Part shown: positions 14,101 to 28,847 of the stretch, piece after piece
Numbering within the stretch: the stretch's first letter is position 1
Layout of the letters: each line of letters begins with the position of its first letter
NCBI GenBank assembly: GCA_965112735.1
Contig: OZ218954.1
Span: 682,001 to 746,000, forward strand
Origin: Phaeosaccion multiseriatum
Taxonomy: Eukaryota > Protista > Ochrophyta, other classes
Length of the DNA stretch: 64,000 nt
Reading direction: 5' to 3'
The notes under the pieces: model-generated
Seen by the model: only the letters and a program-made list of their open reading frames with translations
The model's database searches: none
Told to the model about the DNA's origin: nothing
Made by a program: the position numbers and the translations under genes

Positions 14101-16701
14101 GATACAGCAGCAACAGCAGCAGCAGCAGGGGGCGGGGGCGGGGATAGCACCAGATGGCAGTCAATGGGACAATGCGATTGCTGATGTGGCAAGGCAGGCT
14201 GCGCTCCTGGCGAGCACTCTCGGGTGGACGGTGGGGAGGGATAATAGTAACCGAGGAGGAGGAGGAGGAGGAGGAGGAGGAGGAGGAGGCAAGAGAGGAG
14301 GAGGAGGGAGCAGCGGTAAGAGGGTTTCCGACAGCGATGGCGTGGAGCGGAGGGGGCCCTGGGAGAAGGCCACACTCGGGCAGAGGAAGGCCGATAATAT
14401 ACACGCCCTCTATGACGCCCTCCCCCTGCAGGTATATGGGTTTGAGTTCCAGTTGGGTGTATGGGTTTGAGTTCCAGTTCGGTGTATGGGTTTGAGGTCT
14501 AGTTCGGTAGATGGGTTTGAGTTCCAGTTGTCACTCGCAGTTTGTTCGAGTTTGCAGTCTGCAAATGTTTTTTTTTTTTTGGCTGTGTCAGTGTGTTCAT
14601 GTGTAGACCTTTTGATACGACAAAAGCACGTCCAATCTGGGAGTGAGGTCGGCCAGTCGGTCCGTCTAGCCTTGTGCCATCTAGAACTGACAACTGATGC
14701 CTGAAAGAAGAAAGAAACCCCTCCAAACTGAAACCCAAACCCCGTCTGCGCAGTCCAAGCAGGACGGAATGCGACATGCGACCCAGGGGGGCCTCCAGAA
14801 ACACCTCGACATGCTCTTCGCGAGGAATAGGACCAGGAGAGAGGCGGACAAAGGTGGGTGGGTATGGGCGGGTAGTAAGTCAATGGGTGGTGGGTGTCAG
14901 GACAGTGAGTGGGGCGTCAGAGTAGAGGGTGGGTGGGTGGGTGGGTGAGTGGGTGGGTGGGTGCGAGTGTGGCGGGGGGGCGGTGGGGAGGGGGATTTAA
15001 GTGTTAACAGTCAACCGTCCCCCCCCCCTCCACACACACACACACACAAACACATACGGACTGCTTAGGTTGATTCCTCTAAGTCAGTATGTGTCCTCCC
15101 CACCACCTCCACCCTCCCCCACAACGTGCCGCCCTCTCCTGTCTTGCGTGTGTGTGCACGTGTGTGTGTCTCTCTCTCTGTGGGCATATATGTGTGTGTC
15201 TCTGTGCTTCGTATGTGGGTATCTACCTATCTACCTGCCTACCTACCTACCTACCTACCTACCATCCGTTCCTCTGCAGGCGGCACCTCCCGTCCCTGGT
15301 TCTGTACGGTGGAGCAGTGGGAGACAGACTTCGGCGCTTCTCCAGCGGGAGGGGGGGCGGCGGTGAGTGCGTACGTGCGTGGGTGTCTCTACGATAGGGG
15401 TGCTTGGGTCGGAAGTGCCTGCACGTTAGGGGTGTTTGGGCGTTTTGTGTCTCTCTACGTTCGGGGGGATTTTGGTTGGAGGCTGTCTGATGCGATTGAC
15501 CCGAGATGCATGTGTATGCGTGTGCTTGAGTAGGTGTCTGCGTATGTGTGTGAGTGCGTGTGTGCGTGCGTGCGTGTGTGCTTGTGTACGTGTGTGCGTG
15601 TGCCTCTTGCCTGAGCCGTCTGTTCCCTGTGCAGTGGCCCCGGACGCAGCGCAGCAAGGACCTCACACGCCACTCGACCCCTTGCTATTCCCCCTCCCCC
15701 CGAACGTAAAGCAGGACCCTCATCAGATGACAGCAGACGGAAGCGCTCACCCCCCCGGGGCTAACGGGGGGCAGCAGTCGGGCACACCTTCATCTGGGGC
15801 TGTTGGTGGTATTGGGATCACGTCACAGGGTGGCGACGGCCGTAGCGGCGGAGGGGGTGTGGGCCTCATAGGGGGGGAGGGAGGGATGGCAGTGGATGGA
15901 GGAGGAGGTGGTGGTGGTGCAGGTGGTGGTGGCGATGGTGGTGGTAATAGTGGCATAGATTGGGACAACGGTATGGACAGTACTGTACCGGCTGAAGATG
16001 GAATGAGCACGTGTCGAATGTGTGGGGACTCCTTTGACATGTTCTACGACGGGGATGAGGAGGAGTGGATGTACAGGAATGCCAGCTACGTACAGGTGAG
16101 GGAGAGGGAGGGAGAGAGATCAAGAGAGAGGGAGAGGGAGGGAGAGATGAAGAGAGAGTGAGAGGGAGGGCAGAGATGAAGGGAGAGGGAGAGGGAGGGA
16201 GAGATGAAGAGAGAGGGAGAGGGAGGGAGAGGGAGGGAGAGAGATCAAGAGATAGGGAGAGGGAGGGAGAGAAGAGGGAGGGAGAGGGAGGGAGGGAGAG
16301 AGATGAAGGGAGGGGGAGAGGGAGGGAGAGATGAAGAGAGAGGGAGAGGGAGAGATCAAGATAGAGGGAGAGGGAGGGAGAGAGGAAACGGGAAGGGAGG
16401 GGGTTGTGGTGGTGTGGGGCGGAGTTTCAAGCAGTATCGATAGACACGCACACACACACACACAAATACACACACACGCACACATGTAAGCACACATCGT
16501 ACTCCAGAGGAGCGGATAGAGATGGCGCATGTGGCTGCATCGGTTCTGGATCGGTTCTGGATCGGTCCTGGACTCGGTTCTGGATCCGTTGTGGATGGGT
16601 TCTGGATGGGTTCTGGATCGGCCCTGGACTGGGTCCTGGCTCGTTGCACAGGGGGTATCAGGGCAGGGGGTTTCAGGACAGAGGGTGGTGGGTGTTAGGA
16701 C

Positions 16702-16750
<49 letters not shown>

Positions 16751-17656
16751 GAGGACAAGAGGCTTTGAACACAGAGAGAAGGGGTGTCGAGACTGGGGTT
16801 GTCAAGAGAGAGAAAAAGAACGAGTGTCAGGATGCTGGCTTGACAATTGAGGGGACAAGAGAGCAAGTGACGACAATTGAGGGGGGGGAGGGGCGAGTCG
16901 CCAGAGAGAGAGAGAAGAGAACGGAGGCCGCCAATGGAGGGAGGGACAACACGGCCTTTCTGCGCGTGTTGGTGCTTTGACACGACCGATAGTAGTCGCC
17001 AGCTTGTGGTTGTGTGCACTGCCGCCATTCGTGCCCCCCCCCCCGGGAAGCCTCCTCTTACGTCCTTCCGACCGCCTTGCTACCTGTGTGTGTGCGTGTG
17101 TGTGCTTTGTCCGGATCGCTGTCTCTCTCCCCTTCCCATTCACTGCCATCCCCCTCCCCCTTGTACACACACACACACAAACACTCACACGCAGGTGGCC
17201 GCACAAGGAGCGGAGCCTTCGTACAGACTGATTGTGCATCAGCGCTGTCTCAACGCTAGCGGCCTCAATCCCAACGTCCCTCTCTCTCTTAGTGACCTCA
17301 TGCCAGAGGGGCGGCAGCAAGCACCAGTTGGTAATACAGCTGTTGGTGATCCAGCAGCAGCAGCAGCAGGAGGAGGAGGAGAAGGAGGAGGAGAAGGAGA
17401 AGGAGGAGGAGGAGACGCCACCACTGCCGCTGCCGCTACCACTACCACTCCGACTGACCCCTCTGCCCCCTTGACACATGCAATGGACACGAATGTCGAT
17501 GCTTCCGATATAATATCGAACGTGGCAGCGCCCGAGGCGGGGGCTGTGGGTGCGGGCGAGAGCAACATGAACAACGATGAGGACTCGGAACCCGCTGCTA
17601 AGAAATTGCGTCTCGCGGCTGCTGTGGCGCAAGCTCTCAGCTCGGGACAGCAATGA
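11147..17656 (+). CDS. PCF11: Pre-mRNA cleavage/polyadenylation factor PCF11 (intact copy), ~7 exons
   Basis: CID-domain motif KLPLCYLADSILKN..RVLATW. C-terminal IHALYDALPLQ|SKQDGMRH..QKHLDMLFARN, Clp1-binding-like SRPWFCTVEQW, and C2HC finger CRMCGDSFDMFYDGDEEEWMYRNA..IVHQRC. Exon phases are consistent. Confidence 0.92.
13305..13605 (+). repeat. ~32-bp minisatellite TGCGATAGCTATCCATCCACTGCCATCCACCCAC in PCF11 intron 2 (duplication breakpoint)
   Basis: Tandem copies; repeated at 27947-28305 and 41143-41500. Confidence 0.9.
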
Positions 17657-17664
17657 ATGAAAAT

Positions 17665-17709
<45 letters not shown>

Positions 17710-18692
17710 GAGAGGGGAGGAGGGTATAAGGAGGGGAGAGTGTAGAGAGGGGGAGCGAGGGAGAGAGAGAAGACGAGAGAGAAGGGAGAGAGAGAGAGAG
17801 GAGGAGGGTATAAGGAGGGGAGAGTGTAGAGAGGGGGAGCGAGGGAGAGAGAAGACGAGAGAGGAGAGAGAGGGTGCCAGGGAGAGAGAGAAGACGAGAG
17901 AGAAGGGAGAGAGATACGCGGCAGGACTGCGATTATTCTTTGTTCCTTCGTGTGATTGCTGGTGGCGGGCGTGGAGGGGTGTGGTGGGTATGTGGGAGGG
18001 AGAGGAGCATATGTATCCTTACGAAATCTTACGCGTTATCGTAAGTTACTTTTGGTGGTACCCGTAGCGAGGTACTATGAAGAAAGCTTGGGGCAGGTCC
18101 CCCACCGTCGGAATCGTGATACACTAGTTGGTCATACAGCAGCAGAAGCGCTATTGCTGCGAGGTAATGGCCATTGATTGCATCGAACAAATGCCTGATC
18201 AAATACACTCGACACCAGGGTAACGATAATAGAAATCGAGATCAAGTCAGATGGTATCTCACATCCCTCCCATGTGTGTGGCAGTGAGAGCAGTTGTGAG
18301 TCCTCCTCCACGCCCGCATATCAGCTGTATCACCAACTGCTGCTGCTGCTGCGAAGGGATGGTGGGTGGGGTTGGCTTCCAGGTCCTCGTGTTGGTTAAA
18401 CGTTAAAAGAAGAAAAGTCTCGTGTTGGTTACACGTTAGTAAAAGGTTAAGGGCAGCTCTGTCTTCTCTTATGTGTATGTGTGTCTCTCTACCTCTCTCT
18501 ACTACCCGCTGCTCTCTCTCTTTCTCTCGCCCGTTCGTCCTCAGACCTTGCTTGCAGAGCAGCGGCTTGCCCGTCCCGTTCTCTTCTGTTCTCTTCCCTT
18601 ATCTTATCTTCTCTCTCCCTGTCTCTCTCTTCTCTCTCTCTCTCTCTCTCTCTCCTGTCTGTCTGTCTGTCTGTCTCTCTCGCCGTCTCTCT

Positions 18693-22163
<3,471 letters not shown>

Positions 22164-23059
22164 TTGTGCTCTTCTCCTCGTCGCCTTGCCCTTGCCCGAA
22201 CACTCGCCACCCTGTGAACCGGAGAACCAACTCGCATTTTTTCACCCTGCCGGATCCTCCCTCGGATCGCCTTGGGTCTGCACCCGCCCTTCAGACAGGG
22301 AAAGCAGACGGCCTATTGCTCCATTGCGCACAAACAAATGCGGGGCCGCCTAGTTCGGGCCAGCTGGCTGGTGGATAGCACTGGATGGCTGGCTGGTGGA
22401 TGGCACTGGATGGTTGGCCTGGTGGATGGCACTGGATGGTTGGCTGGTGGATAGCACCTGGATGGGTCAGGAAATAGAGAAATCGGTTATCTTCCCTCCC
22501 TCGTTTCACGTCCTCCTCCCGTGCCCAGGTGTGGTCAATCAGTCCAACAGTGATCGTGATAACAACGTCTTACACATTTTGCGTTTATCGATGTAACTTA
22601 CACACGCGGCAGCAGCCGCCACGACTTCTACTTGTATACAAGCTTGTAATACATGAGACAAACAAGTACCCGAGACGGGCACCATGACGTGGCCTGACAT
22701 CATGACACACAGGACGACTCAACTGACGTGCTCCTCGCTCCCCCCGAGGCAGCCCCACAGACCGTACAACACTCGCCCCCTCTCGCACCACCACCCTTGT
22801 TTGTCCCAATCGCTCCGTCCGACACCTTCTCTACTACCCAAAATGGACACGTGACGTGTGCTCGCGTTTACGCTAAAATAAAGTTTTGTCTCAACAACAC
22901 CACGTTGATCCTGCTGCGCCCTCTTGCCCCCTTCATAAGACAGACGCCCGAATCAGCCCCGAGACCCCGGCCGCCCAACGCCCTGAAATCGAAAAGTAAC
23001 CCCCCCACCCCCCCACCCCCTCTTGTCCTTGACTTGCTTCTCGCAAACATCTTGCCCAC

Positions 23060-25890
23060 TTAGGAGGAGCGACGCGCGGGGAAGGCAGTTCCCCAAGGCC
23101 CGTCCACAATGTAATCCTCGTCGCGCACAGAGTCCAGGATGGCGTCGCGCCCCTTGACCGCCTGGCCAGTGGCGCTGTCGAGCTTGAGGCTCTGCGTCTC
23201 GCCGAGGACACCGCTCCACTCCTCCACGCCCTGGTCATTAGGAGAGAGCAGGATGGTGGCGTCGACAACGTGGGCGTGGCAGCGCTCAGCCTCTTGGCGG
23301 TAGTCGATCTGGAAGGCGTAGGTGGAGGTGTTGATGTACACTGAGGCCCAACTGCCGGGAGAGTCGAACAGATCACGGGTAGTACGCTTCTCGGCGATCC
23401 AGGCCGAGCACGCTTCGCGGTCCTCCATCGTGTACAGACGAGCCTCAAGCACATCCAGGGCACGAAGGTCGGCGGTGGATGCCGGGTCTTCCTCGTCGAG
23501 CACAAGACGACGCTGCGTCGCCAAACGGAGCTGCTCCTCCTCCTCCTCGAGACGGTGCATCATGTGCCTGTCTCTCTTGATCTGGCAGGCCCCGACATTG
23601 TTGAACGCCCGGACCGACGCGCCGTTCTCGAGCTCGTATTCACCGGGAGACGTAACCGTTTCCCCATTGATGATCATCTCCAGGGAGCCTTGGCCGAGGC
23701 ACGCGTCGCCCTCGCCCGCCGGGCATCCTGGGTTGTACTTGGTCACGTCCTTCACGCCGACATCAATCTCGTACTCCGCCAAGCCGTCCTCAGAAAACAA
23801 GGTGATACCGTGCCGAGTCACATAGGTCTGTGAAAGAGAAACGAGGGGCAGGGGGAAGGCAGGGACCAAGCCGCCCAGAGCCAGAGGAGGGAGTACACGC
23901 ACTGTCAAGAGTCACTATCGACTGGCAGGCAACAAGTTGCATGAAATGACAAGAGCTGAGACACCTACCGGCAGGAGCCCATTCTCGCACTCTTCGAAGA
24001 TATGGAGCAGCCAGTTCCACTGCAAGTGGTGCTCGGCGAGTGCGGCGAAGCATTTGGCGTGGAGGCCCTTGAACAGGAAGGCTTGGCCCTTAAGACCCAT
24101 CACGACGGGGTCGCTATTGACGCCCGACATGAGCATCGAACAGTCGGTGTTGACACCCGCCGGGCTGAGGAAAAAGGATGGAGGGAGAGCGACGTGTGGA
24201 TGGGGTTAAGAGCACTAGGTTGCATATTGCAGCGGGTGAGAATGATGGCAACGAAATGAGCTTCCATTCTCAGCTTAGCTATAGCTAGCCCATGAGAGCG
24301 AACAAGAAGGCAAGAGGAGGGCCGGAGATCGGAATACATGTGGCTGGCTTGGTGTGTGGCACGTGCGTGAAACAGGCGCAAAGAAGGTGTGACTCTCTCC
24401 CAGCCAGCCATGCCTTGCCAATACTTCGTACCAAAACCCTTTGACCTTTGAAAGCTTACCAACCAGCGATACAGCAGGAGCCGCCCGTAAGAGTCGGCAG
24501 CCCAGAAGAATGGTTATTCTACTTTGATGAGGAGCAGCCAGGCAGTGCGGTGAGCAAGAGGAGGGAGAGGATGCCGGGGCAGGTCGGTCGAGCGTAGCTA
24601 TGAGCGAGGCGTGTGATGATATCATCATGGAGGGATTGCTTTAAACAGCTCAAACATAGTCTAGTAGCTAGGGGCGGGGGGAGGGCGGGGGACAGATGAG
24701 GCAGAAAAGAATAATAAGAGACAGGGATACCAGGCAGGCAGGTGGGAAAACTTGGCAACAATGTCCATCCATTGGCATACCATCGCTTACCTCCCCACAC
24801 CTAATTCCGTCCGGAGCGCCGGTGGCACTGCAGTCAATGACACAATTCTGGTGGGTGCACACACGGCCGGTCCATCAGCCAGTGAAGAGCGAAGAGTGAG
24901 GGAGAGTACAGTCGACGAGGGGAGCAGAGAGGGAGCGAGGCACAAGGGGCGGGCGGGCGGGCGGGACGCGGGACAGAGGGGGGAAGGAAGCAAGGGGGGG
25001 GGAAGTAGTAAGCAAAACGCAATGAAGTGGGGGGGGGGGACAAGACAACCAAGCAAGGGGGCGGGGTGAAAAACAACCGAGCGAATTCAGTGGCTGGTCA
25101 TGGCTGGCTAAAGCATGCTCCGCGCCCCATCCAGCCATGGCTGCCTGCTGGCTGGTCCAACGCCACCGAACATCATGAGAACGTACGTCAAAAGTGGATC
25201 CCTTGTTATAGTAACCAGACGAAAAGCCAGGAGCCAGGAAGGGCAGGGAATTGGACCGGCCGGGGCACAAAGAAGAGTGAGCAAAGAAGAGGGGGGAGGG
25301 AGGAGCAGAGGCAGTGGGGGCTGGCTGGGTTAGGCCAAGCAACGTCAAGAGAAAAGAGCCTCACCACCAACTAGCAGCTACTACTAGTAGGCTACCACGG
25401 CAAAACAAAAAACACTTGGCAATTGATTCAGGCAACAACAACAAGCAAGCAACAAGGCAGGCAGGGAGGAGGGAGGGAAGAAGAGGCTGAAGAAGAAAAG
25501 GTTCAAGAGGAGGACGAGCGGGTCGGAGTTGGGGCGGCGAAGGGGGGAGCTCGGCAGGGAGGGGACACTAAGATCCTCAGGCTCAAGATTCGCTCCTCGG
25601 CTCAGGCAGGGGCGGCAGCAACCAAGCAAGCACCAGCCACATGCAGCCAGGCCCAGGCCAGAGCAGCCCGTAGTACAGCAGCAGCAGCCAGCAGCGAGTC
25701 CCAAACTTACCGCGCATCCAGCGATGCCGCAGAGGAAGGGACTGGCCTGTGTTCCCAAACCCGGTGAACCAGGGTACTCAATCAAATGCCACACCGAACC
25801 AGAAGAGGTAGTGGCAGTACATGATGTTGTTGCTGCAGAAGGCGCCAACAAGCACCCCAACAGAACGACCAAGAAAGCCCACCCGTGCAT
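23060..25890 (-). CDS. Secreted Cys-rich protein (~424 aa) with C-terminal GDPH/VWD-like domain, copy 1
   Basis: Exons 25890-25711, 25201-25187, 24847-24791, 24518-24460, 24164-23969 and 23827-23060 splice in frame. Signal peptide MHGWAFLVVLLGCLLAPSAA; Cys-rich linker; NSDPVVMGLKGQAFLFKG...GVLGET...EDYIVDGPWGTAF. This resembles, from memory and not searched, an ochrophyte family with GDPH..G..GQ.F.F.G and GVLGET..DY.V.GP.G..F. Confidence 0.72.
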
Positions 25891-26500
25891 ACTTTTACTA
25901 CGACGACTCCGGTGTGTGTTGTGTTTACCTGGTTATGTAGTGTATTTTGAGTGTGGCTAGTAACAATGGGGCCACTGGGTCCCCCCCCCTCTTCCAGGGG
26001 TACTACGAATAATTTAGAACAAACCATTGGCCTCCTCAAGAAGTTGCTTCTGAATAATGCGACCATCGGCTCCCCGCTGGGCTTCTCGGGGGGCTCCGGG
26101 CTTCTGGGCCATACTAGTCCCCTCCACGATTCGGGCTTCTGGCTGGCCGCAGCCAGGCCAGCGGTCTGGGCCTGGGCTTCAGGCTCCTCAGCCAGGGGGG
26201 GGGCTCAGGCAGGGGGGCTCATAAAAAAACTGAAAGTTTGGTCAAAATATTTTCCTTCATCCCATCGGCTCCAGACTGGCCTACAAGCCTTATGCTCTAG
26301 GCCGGCCATTTTTTCTCCCTAGGCCGGCGGTTCTAGGCCTAGGCCTATCTGATTAGTACCAAGTAAGTACGGCCGGCGCAGCCGGCCTGATTACTGATTA
26401 TGACCGGCGCCAGCCGGCCTGAGTACTGGCTGATTATGCGTCAGCCGGGGGCTGATTACTGATTACGGCCGGCGCACACCGTAATCTTGTCCAGGGTCGA

Positions 26501-26955
26501 AGGGAGGGAGGGAGGGAGGGAGGGAGGGAGGGAGGGAGGGAGGGAGGGAGGGAGGGAGGGAGGGAGGGAGGGAGGGAGGGAGGGAGGGAGGGAGGGAGGG
26601 AGGGAGGGAGGGAGGGAGGGAGGGAGGGAGGGAGGGAGGGAGGGAGGGAGGGAGGGAGGGAGGGAGGGAGGGAGGGAGGGAGGGAGGGAGGGAGGGAGGG
26701 AGGGAGGGAGGGAGGGAGGGAGGGAGGGAGGGAGGGAGGGAGGGAGGGAGGGAGGGAGGGAGGGAGGGAGGGAGGGAGGGAGGGAGGGAGGGAGGGAGGG
26801 AGGGAGGGAGGGAGGGAGGGAGGGAGGGAGGGAGGGAGGGAGGGAGGGAGGGAGGGAGGGAGGGAGGGAGGGAGGGAGGGAGGGAGGGAGGGAGGGAGGG
26901 AGGGAGGGAGGGAGGGAGGGAGGGAGGGAGGGAGGGAGGGAGGGAGGGAGGGAGG
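26501..26955 (+). repeat. (GGGA)n tract of ~113 units inside the TIR element (~119 units in unit B, ~44 in unit C)
   Basis: Read directly from the sequence. Confidence 0.95.
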
Positions 26956-26962
26956 CAGGGAG

Positions 26963-27150
26963 TCGACCCTGGACAAGATCATCTGATTCTGATTACGGCC
27001 GGCGCAGCCGGCCTGATTACTGATTATGACGGGCGCCAGCCGGTCTGGTTGCTTACAGTCGGTGACCAGCCGGCCTGATTACTGGATCCGGCCGGGGGCT
27101 GATTACTACTGGTTACGGCCGGCGCACACCGTAATCTTGTCCAGGGTCGA
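26963..27150. mobile_element. Nested 188-bp MITE-like element with 17-bp TIR TCGACCCTGGACAAGAT; a left-truncated sister copy ends at 26500
   Basis: TCGACCCTGGACAAGAT at 26963-26979 and its reverse complement at 27134-27150 and 26484-26500. Internal GATTACGGCCGGCGC repeats. Confidence 0.7.
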
Positions 27151-28847
27151 TAGGACTAGGCCGGGGGGGCTGCGCCAGAAATAGGCCTAGGCCGGGGACC
27201 TGCGGCCCCCTCTAGGCCTAGGCCGGGGGCCTGCGGCCCCCCTAGGCCGGCCGAATTTCGTCTCTAGGCCTAGGCTTCTAGTAGGCCAGTCTGGAGCCGA
27301 ATCCCAAATGGCCTCTTCTCGTCCCCCGTTACCCGTACAACTTTCTATACCGACTAAGGACATCTTGATCTTTCATTTTGTACAGAGATGCATGGTCATC
27401 TCCGACGGGATCACCTGCTTTTGGGCCTCCAAAGTTTAAGACCCACTTTGTTGCGGTTTAGGGATATTTGGGTACTTTCGAGGCTCAACAGAGACCCTAG
27501 AGTGCTTTTTCCGCTGTATGCCCTACTGGCACCCACCAGCGTGTGCCCTCTTGAAATCGGACCCTACTTTAGTGATATGAGCTCATTTTGACCACCAAAC
27601 CCCCTCCAATCGCCCCACTCTCTACCCACCCACCCCCCACCCTCCCATGTTGTCATGTAGGCTTGCATGTGCTCACGATCGGTACTGACGGTGCTCATAG
27701 CATCTGAAAAGCCCCTCTAACCCGAACAGCTCGTTGCAGCAAATGCCGTGCACCCCGGCTTGGCTTCCCACAGCCAGGTGCTCCACATGTATGCCCTCTC
27801 TGCTCGATGTGGCTGGGACTGGACACCCCCCCCCCCCCTTCGGCAGCACAAGCATATGGCCCTCTTGCGTCGCCCTGCAGAGCCCTATACAAGCGAGTGT
27901 CTTCATCCAGGCCAGCACGTGGAGGCGTAGGCAATGGATAATGGAGTGCGATAGCTATCCATCCACTGCCATCCACCCACTGCGATAGCTATCCATCCAC
28001 TGCCATCCACCCACTGCGGTAGCTATCCATCCACTTACCATCCACCCACTGCGATAGCTATCCATCCACTACCATCCACCCACTGCGATAGCTATCCATC
28101 CACCCTCCACGACAGCTATCCACCCACTGCCATCCACCCACTGCGGTAGCTATCCATCCACTACCATCCACTGCCATCCACCCACTGCGATAGCTACCCA
28201 TCCACTGCCATCCACCCGCTGCGATAGCTATCCATCCACTACCATCCACACACTGCGATAGCTATCCATCCACTTCCATCCACCCACTGCGATAAGCTAT
28301 CCATCCACCACCTCCATTCCTCCGTGCCTCTGTGTCTTCAGTCCCCTCGCCTCTGCCACGGCGGCATCAAGTCAAGCCGCCGCCCCCGCCCCTATTTTGT
28401 ATTTCTAACATGTAGTTATCTCTACCCTGTTTGTCCCCCCCTCCTCTCCTTCCTCCTCCTCCTCCTCCTCCTCCTCCTCCTCCTCCTCCTCCTCCTCCTC
28501 CTCCTCCTCCTCCTCCTCCTCCTCCTCCTCCTCCTCCTCCTCCTCCTCCTCCTCCTCCTCCTCCTCCTCCTCCTCCTCCTCCTCCTCCTCCTCCTCCTCC
28601 TCCTCCTCCTCCTCCTCCTCCTCCTCCTCCTCCTCCTCCTCCTCCTCCTCCTCCTCCTCCTCCCCCCTTCCTTACTTTCCTCCCCTCCTCCGCCTCTTCT
28701 TCTCCCACCTTCTCCCCCTCCTCGTCCTCTTCTTCTGCCTCCTCCTCTCCCCTCCCCCCCCCCTCCTCTCCTTCCTCCTCCTCCTCTCCCCCCTGGTATC
28801 ACCAACTGCTGTACCTCCCCCCGGGGGGGGGCTTCTGACCACCGCAG

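Larger units (their letters stand above)
26265..27300. mobile_element. Non-autonomous TIR element (MITE-like), 6-bp TSD ATCCCA, copy 1
   Basis: ATCCCA|TCGGCTCCAGACTGGCCTAC ... GTAGGCCAGTCTGGAGCCGA|ATCCCA: a 20-bp perfect inverted repeat with a flanking direct repeat. Subterminal CCTAGGCC repeats; no real ORF. Confidence 0.85.

Noticed and set aside
23322-23833. Plus-strand ORFs of 167 and 92 aa
   Set aside because: Antisense shadows of the GC-rich last exon of the secreted gene.
25995-26030. CAGGGGTACTACG as a hAT-type left terminus
   Set aside because: No matching inverted end or TSD was found in the window, so it is not called as a defined element.
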